From assembly GCA_951406725.2 (NCBI GenBank), contig OX597814.1, positions 28,458,001 through 28,522,000 on the forward strand: a DNA stretch of 64,000 nucleotides, read 5' to 3'. The translations under genes and the position numbers were made by a program. Under the pieces are notes generated by a model. That model saw only the letters and a list, made by a program, of their open reading frames with translations, was not told where the DNA came from and did not search any database. Origin of the DNA: Octopus vulgaris. Taxonomy: Eukaryota. This document shows, one piece after another, positions 52,493 through 64,000 of the stretch (positions are counted from its first letter, which is position 1; every line of letters starts with the position of its first letter).

Positions 52493-53269
52493 TGAAATAT
52501 TTATCTTAGCGAGGTTTAGCATATATAAATATATATAATTTTGGTAAATTACAGTACATTTACTGTAGATTATCTTATGACGCACACACACACATACACA
52601 CACACATAATATATATGTATGTATATATGCATGTATATACATACCACAAAATAATTTTCCGTATATCTAGAATAAAAGTATAGTACTTACCAAAATTATT
52701 TGTGAATTTCTCTTCAGCATCCTCTTCTTCACTAAAAAAAAAATCTGTCCGTTTATACTATTCAATTTTGCTCTATAAACGATATCTCCAGTATTCGAAT
52801 TACTATCTGTAACATCAGAAACACAATATATCATATCCGATATTCGTTTACCATATAGTTATATGTAAATACATCTGTCTAATTGATATATATTTTATCA
52901 TTGATTTATATATGGACAGCGTAATCTAAATAAGAATGCTCTACTAGTTTTATAACTAAACATCTTGTCAAGAGTGGCTACGCGTGCTTGTCCAACGCAA
53001 TGAGGAAGGAACTAAGAGTAATTTGTAAGATAGGTGCCTGTTACTCATTGTACTTTTCGTAAGTAGTACTAAGTTGCTTTCTCCTTCTCTAGAACGAATA
53101 TGATAAGATTCTCGTGGTAAAATGCTACGGTGGGCTGTTTTTGTGTTCATTTCTTTGAGAAAGTCCGGCTGTATAATCACCGATTGTATTCAAACAGAAA
53201 TGTGAGTTGATGAAAAGCTCGCATATCCAAACGCACAGACGAAGTTTCCTCGCGCACATACATATCACG

Positions 53270-53512
53270 TGATCACGTGACCGATAGGCTATCAGATGTT
53301 ATTACACATCGCTGGTCACAATGTGTTTTAGCCTTCAAGTGATGCCACCCCACTGGCTAAGCTTGCAGGCCAACATTACCCCACTGATCGAAAGCGGGAC
53401 TGGAGCAATCTGAAAAGAAGTGTTTTGCTCAAGAACATAACGCGCCGCCCAGTCAGGGAATCGAACCCACGATCTAGCGATCCTGAGTGCAACACTAGGC
53501 CACGCACCCTCA
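53270..53512 (-). mobile_element. SINE related to family D
   Basis: Reverse head GAGGGTGCGTGGCCTAGTG...GGGTTCGATTCCC...TTGAGCAAAACACTT...GCTCCAGTCC. Confidence 0.6.
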
Positions 53513-53585
53513 CCTTATATCTATCTATATCAGAGGCGACTCCAGGTCATCGGCGTCACTCGGGCTCATAACAGATTTCGCATAA

Positions 53586-53669
<84 letters not shown>

Positions 53670-53750
53670 TACAATATGCAAAATTAAAATTAATAAATTT
53701 CACCTAGTAGATTTATCGGTATGGAAAATACCATATTTGGTAAGGGTTAT

Positions 53751-54268
53751 AATAATTATAATTAAGGGTTAATTGCAACAAGTTGCTCAAAACCACATAC
53801 CGAAAATATTAGAAATAGCAGCCAAAATTGATCACTATTTCCTCTACTAATAAAAAGTCTCCACAAATTTGTAACCTGTATATGGCAAAAAAGGAAGAAA
53901 ATAACGAAATCCCAGCCTATGGATTAATTATAGACGAATCGTTTCTGGTTTAGAACCGAAGGCTCATTTCCTTGTCAATATAATATTTCCTATAAATCTA
54001 GAAATACCAGGGGAAAAACTCACCCGTTACACCAGCACGACCAGTGACATCGAACGATCTAACGGACTGCTAGCATTCCTACACTTATACAGACATGCGA
54101 ATTCTTCCTTTTTCTTCCTTTTTTGCCATATACAGGTTACAAATTCTGTTTGTTTGTGGAGACTTTTTATTAGTAGAGGAAATAGTGATCAATTTTGGCT
54201 GCTATTTCTAATATTTTCGGTATGTGGTTTTGAGCAACTTGTTGCAATTAACCTTTAATTATAATTAT
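53751..54268. repeat. ~150 bp inverted repeats (53751-53901 / 54111-54268) around a ~210 bp spacer
   Basis: ATAATTATAATTAAGGGTTAATTGCAACAAG...GGCAAAAAAGGAAGAAA and its reverse complement; the spacer holds the half-hammerhead GAAACGATTCGTC (-). Confidence 0.88.
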
Positions 54269-54989
54269 ACATATATACATATATATTATTTTATTGTTAT
54301 TTGCTTCAGTCATTTGATTGCGGCCATGCTGGAGCGCTGCCATTAGTCGAGCAAATCGACCACAGGACTTATTCTTTTTAAGCCTGGCACTTATTCCATC
54401 AGTCGCTTTTGCCGAACCGCTAAGTTACAGGAACGTCAACACACCAGCTTCGGTTTTCAAGCGATGTTGGGGGACAAACACAGACACACAAACATATAAA
54501 TACATACATACATACATACATACATACATACATAAATACATACATACATACATACATACATACATGGCTGTGTGGTAAGTAACTTGCTTTCGTCGGCTCA
54601 AAACTCCCTTCTTCATTAATGGATGTGTAGCGTTTAAAAACACGAATATATGAATAGCAAAACGAAAACCACCCAGCAGCAAGGGTAAGAAAGCTTGATG
54701 GACAAGTATAGGGATTTTAGAAAACCCTGGCGAACACCTCTTTCACCATTGAAACAGAATCCGGGTCAAAAGAACGTAAAGGAAGGAAAATCAGAATTAG
54801 TATTCAGTCGAAAGAAAGAAAGAAAGAAGGAACAAACAAAGAGAGAGGGGAAAAATCTTCCATATAAAGTATAAATCCAGAGAAAAGTACGCGGATTAAG
54901 ATTGGCGCATCATGTATAAATGTAGAATAACAACGAAAAGCAGATAATTTATTATTAATAAATGTAATGCCATCATCTACATTTCTTTG

Positions 54990-54999
54990 ATTATGTATG

Positions 55000-55033
<34 letters not shown>

Positions 55034-55460
55034 TGTATGTATGTATGTATGTATGTATGTATGTATGCATGTATGTATTTATGTATGTATGTATGTATGT
55101 ATTTATGTATGTATGTATCTATGTATGCATGCATGTATGTATTTATGTATGTATGTATGTATGTATGTATCTATGTATGTATGTATGTATCTATGTATGT
55201 ATGTAAGTACGTATGTATGTATGTATGTATGTATGTATGTTTGTATGTATGTATGTATGTATGTATGCATGCATGTATGTATGTATGTATGTATGTATGT
55301 TTGTATGTATGTATGTGTCTATGTATGCATGCATGTATGTATTTATGTATGTATGTATGTATTTATGTATGTATGTATGTTTGTTTGTATGTATATATCT
55401 ATGTATGTGTGTATATAAGCATGTATGTATGTATGTATGTATATATGTATGTATGTATAA
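54990..55460. repeat. (TGTA)n microsatellite with variants
   Basis: Direct inspection. Confidence 0.95.
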
Positions 55461-55637
55461 CTATATACACATACATACCTACATGGTTATATATACATAC
55501 ATGTATATAAACGCGCATATACATACACACATATAAATACATACACTTATACGAGTACTTATGCATACCCACACGTGATTTTTGTTTCATATTATATACA
55601 CAGGGCTGCCTTCTTTATGATGAGACATTAGAGAGAA

Positions 55638-55831
55638 GGCACATGACTAGCTGTGTGGTAAGTAACTTGCTTACCAACCACATGGTTCCGGGTTCAGCCT
55701 CACTGCATGGCACCTTAAGTATCTTCTACTATAGCCTCGGGCCGATCAAAGCTTTGTGAGTAGATTTGGTTGACGGAAGCTGAAAGAAGCCCCTCGTGTA
55801 CACACACACACACACACACTCATACACACTC

Positions 55832-55863
<32 letters not shown>

Positions 55864-56082
55864 GTTTGTGTGCCTGTGTTTGTGCCTCCCCCCCCCCCCC
55901 ATCATTGTTTGACAATCGATGCTGGTGTGTTTACGTCTCTGTAACTTAGCGTTTCGGAAAAGGAGACCGACGGAATAAGTACTAGGCTTACAAAGAATAA
56001 TTCCTGGAGTCGATTTGTTCGATTAAAGGCGGTGCTCCAGCATAGCCGCAGTCAAATGACAAACAAATAAGAGAATAAAAGA
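55638..56082 (+). mobile_element. SINE family A
   Basis: Head and tail recognisable. Confidence 0.85.
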
Positions 56083-56104
56083 AGGAAGAAAGTCAAATAA
56101 AGAA

Positions 56105-56575
56105 AGATAACCTGGTTCAGTTCTTTTAACCTTGAGATTTCAACCAATGCTGCTGGGAGCTTTTTGATGCTAATTAGGAAACATTTCCTTAGGACCCTTA
56201 AGTATTATAAACTTTTCAACCGTCACAGCATCAAGGTCCGCCACACCTGCCTAAAGAGCATCGCGTCTAACGTCGTACACTACAATAGACGCTGACACAC
56301 ACCTCCACGGACTCCAGTAAACAAACCAACGCGTAACTCTGAAATTCAACGAACTGTCCACTGTGAGGATCCTGCCTCTCAAGAGATGTGGTCTATAGAA
56401 CGACCCTCTCAGCCTCCAATAGCATTACAAGATACCACACGAGCATCACAGCCATTGACCTCAAGGGAAGGTATTCTTAGCCCCAGATTCGCTATAATTA
56501 AAAATGCTCCATACTTGACCATCCCGTCTTTTTGTCAAGCAGAAATTACATTGTCTGACTTGTTCTTTCTGTTGT
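56105..56575 (+). pseudogene. highly decayed PLE fragment of a distinct group (linker + GIY-YIG start)
   Basis: ITWFSSFNLEISTNAAGSFLMLIRKHF...KLFNRHSIKV..TCL...CPL*GSCL...VVY resembles the WFNPP..TN.G..FL.LI.KHF..K.FNR..K.SYSC / CPL.G.CL..VY pattern recalled for aquatic-invertebrate PLEs. Confidence 0.6.
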
Positions 56576-56639
56576 TCTATTTAAGGTGGTAAGGCGTGAA
56601 CGTTAGCTTGCAGATGTGATAGTTTCTTGACACAAAAAT

Positions 56640-56865
56640 GCAGCATGGCTGTGTGATTAAGAAGCTTGCTTTGCAACCACCTGGTTTCGGGTTCAGCTTC
56701 ATTGCGCGGCACCTTGAGTAAGAGTCTTGGGTCGACCAATGCCTTGTGTGTGCATTTGGTAGATGGAAACTGTTGAATAGCGCTTTGTGTGTGTTTGACA
56801 AGTTTTGGTGCTTTTGACAAGTTGTGGTGTTTTTGACAAGTTGTGGTGCACCTGAGCACCACATT

Positions 56866-56917
<52 letters not shown>

Positions 56918-57155
56918 ATATACTTACATACTTGTGTGTGTGTATGTGTTTGTCTCTCTCTACCGTGTGACAACTGATTTCGGTTCGTTAACATCCATGT
57001 AACATTGCGGTTCGGCAAAAGAAACCGATAGATTAAGTACTAGACTTTAAAAACAAAAAGACATATATGTACTGAAGTCAATTTGTTCGTCTAAAAGCCT
57101 TCAAGGTAGTGCACCAGTATGGCCGCAGTCCTGTAACGGAAACAAGTAAAAGATA
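56640..57155 (+). mobile_element. SINE family A, old and diverged
   Basis: Degenerate head and tail; internal TTTGACAAGTT.TGGTG x3 and (ATT)n. Confidence 0.65.
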
Positions 57156-57943
57156 ATGACCTAAAATAACGCCATGTTGATACGCAGGTTAATAAAAATA
57201 CATGAGGCCAATGGGTTTCTCAAAAATGGCAACTCCAGCTCAAGTCATCTGGAATTCTATACTCGCTCAGAGTCTTTATCTTTTCTGTTAGTCAGTCGCT
57301 CACCGGACTAACAGATGTCGAAACTAAACGTAAACCTCGTTAATCTCATTAGCCCGGGATGACCTTCAAATGTCAGGAACACTACCTCAACCTCTCTACT
57401 TCTCACTATCTTATTAAAACAAAAAATTAAAAATGAATTGACTTAAACATTATTTATTAAATCCTATATTTTGGTTCTCCAAATAACTCTACATTTCTAT
57501 TTTGAAATGATTCATGTGATTTTTATGCGGAAGAATAGCGCGAAGGAAGTTTGTAATTCTAAATCACGAAACATAACTGTTAGAGATTTCAAATTGCTTA
57601 GTCAAGGGAGAAAAATAATGAAAAAAAAAGAAAAGCAAATAGAATAAAAGACAATGGAACAAGAGATAAAGAACGAGGTGGGGGGAGGAAAACCAAAGGA
57701 CAGAATGAGTGAAAGAAAGGAAAAAGAAAAGAAAGAAAGAAAGAAGAAAGAAAATTTTCTTTTCCTTTACACTGAAGCCATTTCTTATGGAAATTACGCG
57801 AAAGATCATTTGTCTCCTACGTTTATTTATTTGCAACTGTTACCATAGTGATAAACAAGATTCTCCAATATCTGTTATATCTAACATTTCTACTTGTTTA
57901 TCTACTTTTTGTATGTATGCATTAATGTATGTATATATTCAGA

Positions 57944-57993
<50 letters not shown>

Positions 57994-58044
57994 TGTGTGT
58001 GTGTATGTGTCTGTATTTGTGTGGAGGAGTTATATGTATGTATG

Positions 58045-58088
<44 letters not shown>

Positions 58089-58120
58089 CATACATATATA
58101 CATACATATATATATATACA

Positions 58121-58157
<37 letters not shown>

Positions 58158-58392
58158 GGTTACACACATACATAAATGTATGTGTGTATTGGTATGTATA
58201 TGTATACGCACACACGTGTATGCGTGTATAAATTTAATAGCTAGATTAACGTTCATTTACATTACAGCTATAAATTTGGCCGTTTCTAAATCTTCAAGTA
58301 ATGAATCGAATGCACTGTTTCATACTCAGTATGTACATCTGTGTAATTATGTGTGTGTGTGTGTGTATGTGCGTGGATATGTGTCAGTGTGA

Positions 58393-58443
<51 letters not shown>

Positions 58444-58484
58444 TTCTAGATATATATAGGTTCTAGATATATATATATATATAT

Positions 58485-59616
58485 AAGGTTCTAGAAAGAT
58501 ATGGCAGCCCTTTCTCCATCTACATAGAAAACAACTGGAAGAGATATCTAGATGACTGTTTCATTCTTTGGCATAAAAATATAGAAAAACTCATAGAATT
58601 CCAGGAAATTTTAAACGGACTGGACGTAAACATCCAATTCACGATGGAATATAGCCAGCAACAACTCCCCTTCCTCGATATCCTCATTAAGAAAGCTAAT
58701 TATATAATAGAAACAGACATATATTATAAGCCTACAGACTCTAAGCAATATCTTCCATTCAATTCATGCCACCCCAGACACACTAGGATGAATATCCCCT
58801 TCAATCTAGCAAAAAGGATATGCACTATAGTCTCTAACGCAAACACCAGAGACACACGACTACAAGAACTAAAAGATACCCTTATCACCAGGAACTATCC
58901 ACCTTCACTTATTGACAAGTGCATTCAACGTGCCCTTCAACTTAACATCAAGGAACTGAGACATCCCAAATGAAAGAAAAACTTCCAACCAAAAGCCTTA
59001 CCATACATCTCCACACACAACCCTCTCAATAACGAAGCCTTCGGCACCATCCTCCACAACATACCCCTCCTAAAAAAAGACCACAGAATGAACACAATCC
59101 TCCAAAACACACACGATCATAAAAAGCAAGAGACAGCCTAAATCCATGAAAAGTCTCCTAACACAAGCCCGAATTCACTCTTCAACACAGAAGCCGACAG
59201 TAAAAAAATGTGGAAGACCCAATTGCGGGATATGCGACTATCTAATTGAGGGATCAGAGTTCTCCTTCAAACAGGGACAACGGTTTACAGTGAAAAGCAA
59301 CTTCACATGTACTTCGGAGAACCTAATATACTCACTAACCTTCTCCGGGTGTCAAGAGCAGTACATAGGCCAAACAAGAAATAGTTTGCGTAAACGAATG
59401 GCCCTGCACAGATCCCAGATAAAAATTCCCCAAAACAGAAAAATAGCTTTTAGCCAACACATAGATACTTGCGCCAACAAAAAAACACCAAGCTTCAGGA
59501 TTTTCCCCCTCTACCAATTTAGGGACGATACAACCTCGAGACAACGAATAAGTAAAGAAACTCTCTTTATTACAAAATACAGGCCACTTCTTAACGGGTC
59601 TACGACAAACAATTAA
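58485..59616 (+). pseudogene. 5'-truncated Penelope-like element: RT C-terminal half, Cys-linker, GIY-YIG
   Basis: WKRYLDDCF, LPFLD, YYKPTD, SCHP, CGRPNCGIC, NLIY...YIGQT..LRKRMALH, E..I..Y.P.LN; one in-frame TGA (58971) and one frameshift near 59110. Confidence 0.92.
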
Positions 59617-60322
59617 TATACCTCAACTTTAGAATAAAAGAAATATACACACACAAATATTACATTCCAAAGAATCCATTACTAATCAGCCCCAATCACA
59701 GCTATACTCCATATCATGCCAACTTCAAGTCATACAACACCTCACTACTTTCACCCATTCATATTCTCCCTTCTCTGTTTTTTTCTTCTTCATCATCATC
59801 ATTATCATCATCATCGTCGTCATCATCATCACCACCATCATCATCATCATCATCTTCTCCTTCTCCTTCTTCTTCTTCTTCTTCTTCTTCTTCTTCTTCT
59901 TCTTCTTCTTCTTCTTCTTCTTCTTCTTCTTCTTCTTCTTCTTCTTCTTCTTCTTCTTCTTCTACTTCTCCACCTTCTACCTCTTAACTTTGTCACTAAT
60001 GTTTTTTAGTATAACACCTACGCAAATTCCATAAACAAGCCTTTGAATAGAAATATTCTCCTGAATTGAACTGCGACTGCTAGCCGCCACTGACCATTCA
60101 AAATACGACCATCAGGGCACTCCCAGATTTTCCCACCCCCTCTCCTCATCAGCCTTCTTCTTCTTCTACCCTACCAAGAACTCACAACGACCTCGAACAC
60201 GCAAGTACAAACAAGGGAGTCAGAGAAAGGCAGAATGCCACTTATATCTGAACACTACTATAGAAATATTCCTTTAAAAAACTTTTCTTCTGATTTTTCT
60301 AAATTTAATTATTTAATCGTTA

Positions 60323-60360
60323 CAGTTGAAAAGGTCTCAAAATGACCGAAACCGGTACTG
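60323..60360 (+). ncRNA. type-I hammerhead-like motif with U3-A8 core in the 3' terminal repeat (59617-60413) of the PLE
   Basis: CAG-TTGAAAA-GGTC-tcaaaat-GACC-GAAAC-CG-GTA-CTG; the element ends at (TA)n ~60414. Confidence 0.7.
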
Positions 60361-60527
60361 AAATGTTCACTATAAAATTATTTTAGCATTTTCTATTTTT
60401 GACTTGTTTTTTCATATATATATATATATACATACATAAACATATATGTACATATATATATACATATACGTATGTATATATATATATACATATATATATA
60501 TATACATATATATACATACACACACAC

Positions 60528-60596
<69 letters not shown>

Positions 60597-60844
60597 GCGT
60601 ATATATACATATGTATATATATATATATTTATATATATATATTTATATATATATATTTATATATATATTTATTTATTCATATATGTATGTATATATATAT
60701 ACATATATATATATGAGTGTATGTCGTTTATTGTACGTTGAGTGTACAAGACTGAAACCTTCCATGTTTCTCCTGTCAGCCTTTATACTGACATTAAGGT
60801 GGACCAGCTGAAATACTTGGGCACTTGCTTAAAGATTATTTCTA

Positions 60845-61705
60845 CAGTAGCGAAGGGAGATAGGCGATTGCATCAACCCTAGTTTCTCAATTGGTACTTG
60901 TTTTATTGACCCGAAAGTATAAAAGACAAAATCGACCTCGGCTAATTTTGAAATCAGTACATAAAAGCGGAGGAAATGCGGCGAAGCGTTTTGTCCGGCG
61001 TGTAAACGATTCTGCCAGCTAGCGTCCTTGCTCGATTAAACAATATTCATTTCAAATTTTGGCAGAAGACCAGCAATATAAGGGGAGGTGTAAGTCGGCT
61101 AAATCGACTCCAGTGCTCAACTGGTACTTATTTCATCGATCCGAAAGGATGTAAGTCAAAGTTCACCTTGGGGGAATTTGAACTTAGAAAGTAAAGACGG
61201 ACGAAATGCTACTAAGCATTTTGCCCCACGCGGTAATGATTCGACCAGCTTTCCGCCTTAAATATAAAAATTCGTATTCTTTTCTTTTTTACTCTAGGTC
61301 CGAAATTTTTGGAGAGAGGGCCAGTCGATTAGATTGACCCCAGTACGCAACTGGTACTTAATTTATCGACCCTGAAAGGATGAAAGGCAAAGTCGACCTC
61401 GGCGAAATTTGAACTCAGAACATAAAGACTGACAAAATACTAAGCATTTCGCCCGGCGTGCTAACGTTTCTGCCAGCTCGTCGCTTTTATATTCTTTTCC
61501 ACTCTAGGCACAAGGCAGAGAAGTTTTGGGAAAGGAGCCAGTCGATTTAGATCGACCCCAGTACGCAACTGGTACTTAATTTATCAATCCCGAAAGGATG
61601 AAAAGCAAGATCGACCTCGGAATTTGAACTTATAACGTAAAGACAGACGATATACTGCTAAGCATTTCGCCCGGAGTGCTAACGTTTCAGCCAGCTCGAC
61701 GCCTT
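60845..61705 (-). mobile_element. cluster of four diverged SINE family B variants
   Basis: Repeated ATCGACCCCAGT...GGATGAAAGGCAAAGTCGACCTCGG...CTGCCAGCTCG blocks. Confidence 0.8.
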
Positions 61706-61799
61706 AGGTATAAAAATTCATATTACGATACTGAAAATGTAATTTTGATTTGCCTCTCCTGACAGTGCTGCTGAAGATGAATCCTAATTAGGGATCTGA

Positions 61800-62025
61800 G
61801 GTGCTATAGGGAATATACCGCTTGATTAGCAACACTTTCCGTAATACGGTTAGTGAAGGTCTCCTATCCTTCTTCATTTGTCCGATTGCTCCAATGTCCA
61901 CTGATATTATTTTATTCTTCATATTCTACACCCTGTTGATTTCGATCTCCAGGTCTTTGTACTTGGTCAGCTTTCCTGTGACTTTCGTGAAGATGTTCCT
62001 TTCGGAAAGTATTGCAACGCCATGA
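61800..62025 (-). mobile_element. R4/Dong-like RLE fragment
   Basis: Minus-strand VAILSERNI..K..KLTKYKDLEIEINR...IISVDIGAIG. Confidence 0.65.
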
Positions 62026-62509
62026 GCATCCACTGTGTACAGTTGTATTTAACACGTTCGTATCTACTCGGACACAGAAAGACACACACATATGGTCGCT
62101 AAGGATTTTTTTTTTTTACTCTCGAAACAATTTCTGCATTAATATTTATCGAGTAGTTATAAACAGAAAATGAAAATTTTAGGAAGAAACTGAGTGGTAG
62201 GTGTGTGGTTCTCTTCGATGAGCCCGTGCTCTCCACACCAATTCTAAAATGTTTTTATAGTTCCACTCAACTTTGCCATGGGCCGTGGATTGGGAAACAT
62301 TACTCTACCGCTCTTATAATATTCCACTGATCCTTATTCTATGAAAAGTAAGAGTGACGTGTGGGGGTCTAACGTGTGTGTATGTGTGTGAGGTATTGTG
62401 TCAAAGCGAGAAATCATGAAACCATTGCTGGATATAAAGTAATGTGTGCAGGAGAAGGGCAGGTAAAGGTCATAGGAGGAATGTCTTTCATCAGAAATGG
62501 TAATGGGAC

Positions 62510-62563
<54 letters not shown>

Positions 62564-62929
62564 GCAGCAGCAGCAGCAGCAGCAGCGACAATAACAATGG
62601 CTTTTAACACAATCATAATGTCACCGCTTAGAAAGAGTAGGGACGTCGACTTAATGAGCTCTAACACTTGACTGGCAACACATATTTTTTTACTTTTGCT
62701 ATTCACTTTGATAGAATGAAAGTTAGAGTTTATCATAGCAGGATTTGAACTCAGGGTTTTATTCTTTCGATACAGCACGCTGCCGCCTCTACCTGCAACG
62801 GCCCTCACAAAAGTTAATGTCTCTTCGTCACAAAAGCCTTTGAAGAGAGTAAAAGAATGTAAAATAAAGTAGACATGTTTATACAAACATTCCTACCTAC
62901 CCAGGTACATGCATACATACATACATGAG

Positions 62930-63780
62930 GGCTGTCCACTCGGGACCGAGGAAGACCATCACTGACCACTGCACTCCAGCAATAAAGCCCATGCAAAATG
63001 CCAGCGATGCCCGTGCAAAATTTTTGGTCCCAATAAAGCTTGTAAAACACCTCAGAGACCCTCTCCATTGATACAATCTAGAGACAATCTAAGATTCAAT
63101 CTAGAGACAATCTGGTGCCCAAATATCTGGTTCACAGGCTCAGGAATGTGGGAGTGCCAAGAACTCAAGCGCAAGCAAAAGATCCCCCAACATTCTCAAC
63201 GCCACTTCCTGCATATCTGGTTTCATATCAGAGTAACCTTCAAGAGATATACTTTAAAAAATACTGAGGAGTGCCTCCTTCTCAGTGGTCTTCCAGCACA
63301 CCGGACTCCAGTAGAGGCGCATGGCTTAGTAGTTTTAGAGTTGGACACATGATCGCAAGATTGTAGTTTTGATTCCTGGACCGGGTTACGCGTTGTATTC
63401 TTGAGGAAAACACTTCATTTCACGTTGCTCCAGTCCACTCAGCTGGCAAAAATGAGTAATCCTGCGACGGATCAGCATCCTGTCCAGATGGGGAAATATA
63501 TACGCCATGGAAACCGGCCCTTATGAGTCGGCATGACACGAGAAAGTAACCTTTACCTTTGCCTTTTTTACACCGGACCCCAACATGGAATTTCTGAGTG
63601 CCTATGCTATTCCTAGATAGTTGTTGAACCTATGCTGGGCCCACTCGTCCTTTAGATAGGTCTTGTTTTTAGTCCTGCTGGGTTTCTAGTAACCCTCCTT
63701 TCCAGGTTAGTTTGGTGAGGGTGCCGGTTTAGTCACCGACGACCCGACTATGATGGAGGTTTATACTAGATTCCATGTTA
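62930..63780 (-). mobile_element. degenerate RTE-like LINE 5' and endonuclease region interrupted by a family D SINE
   Basis: Remnant TEKEALLS...YETRYAGSG..NVGG resembles the RTE APE N-terminus; homologous to 24840-25135. Confidence 0.45.
63311..63560 (+). mobile_element. SINE family D
   Basis: Homologous to 26678-26908; flanked by the TSD-like ACACCGGAC. Confidence 0.8.
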
Positions 63781-64000
63781 CCAATAGCAATCATGAGAGG
63801 CCTCACAAATGACCTGACATATACATACGCACATACATACATGCATAAATACGTACATACACACATACATACATACATGCATACATACGTACATACATAC
63901 ATACGTACGTACAGGCACTGGTATAGACATGTGGTTGCGGAATTTGCTTCCCAACAACGTGGTACATGCTTTCTATCCTATTGGACCGCACCTTGAGCAA

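Noticed and set aside
56340-56400. In-frame TGA as selenocysteine (as reported for some Naiad PLEs); also the TGA at 58971
   Set aside because: The TGAs are not at conserved Cys positions, the elements carry other lesions, and I found no convincing SECIS.
63600-63780. HDV-like ribozyme in the putative RTE 5' UTR
   Set aside because: Plausible from family precedent, but I could not assign the nested double pseudoknot.

Overview
Repeat-dense, AT-rich eukaryotic intergenic or intronic DNA. The repeat content suggests a cephalopod (Octopus-like) genome; this is an inference. I cannot support any intact host protein-coding gene, and almost all listed ORFs are microsatellite or SINE artefacts. The window contains four tRNA-derived SINE families (about 40 copies), decayed LINEs (CR1-type RT, RTE-type, R4/Dong-type RLE), mariner/Tc1 remnants, a TA-flanked MITE, three non-autonomous Helitrons and several Penelope-like element (PLE; RT + GIY-YIG) remnants. 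The main hidden signal is about 16 type-I hammerhead-ribozyme-like motifs in PLE terminal repeats and short non-coding PLE derivatives, most of which abut (TA)n tracts. Their cores include canonical C3-G8, compensatory U3-A8 and G3-C8 swaps, and recurrent A6U and U4C variants. Several sit in tandem or inverted (palindromic) arrangements typical of PLE pLTRs and retrozyme-like elements. Folding was done by eye, and boundaries are approximate unless a TSD or terminus is quoted.
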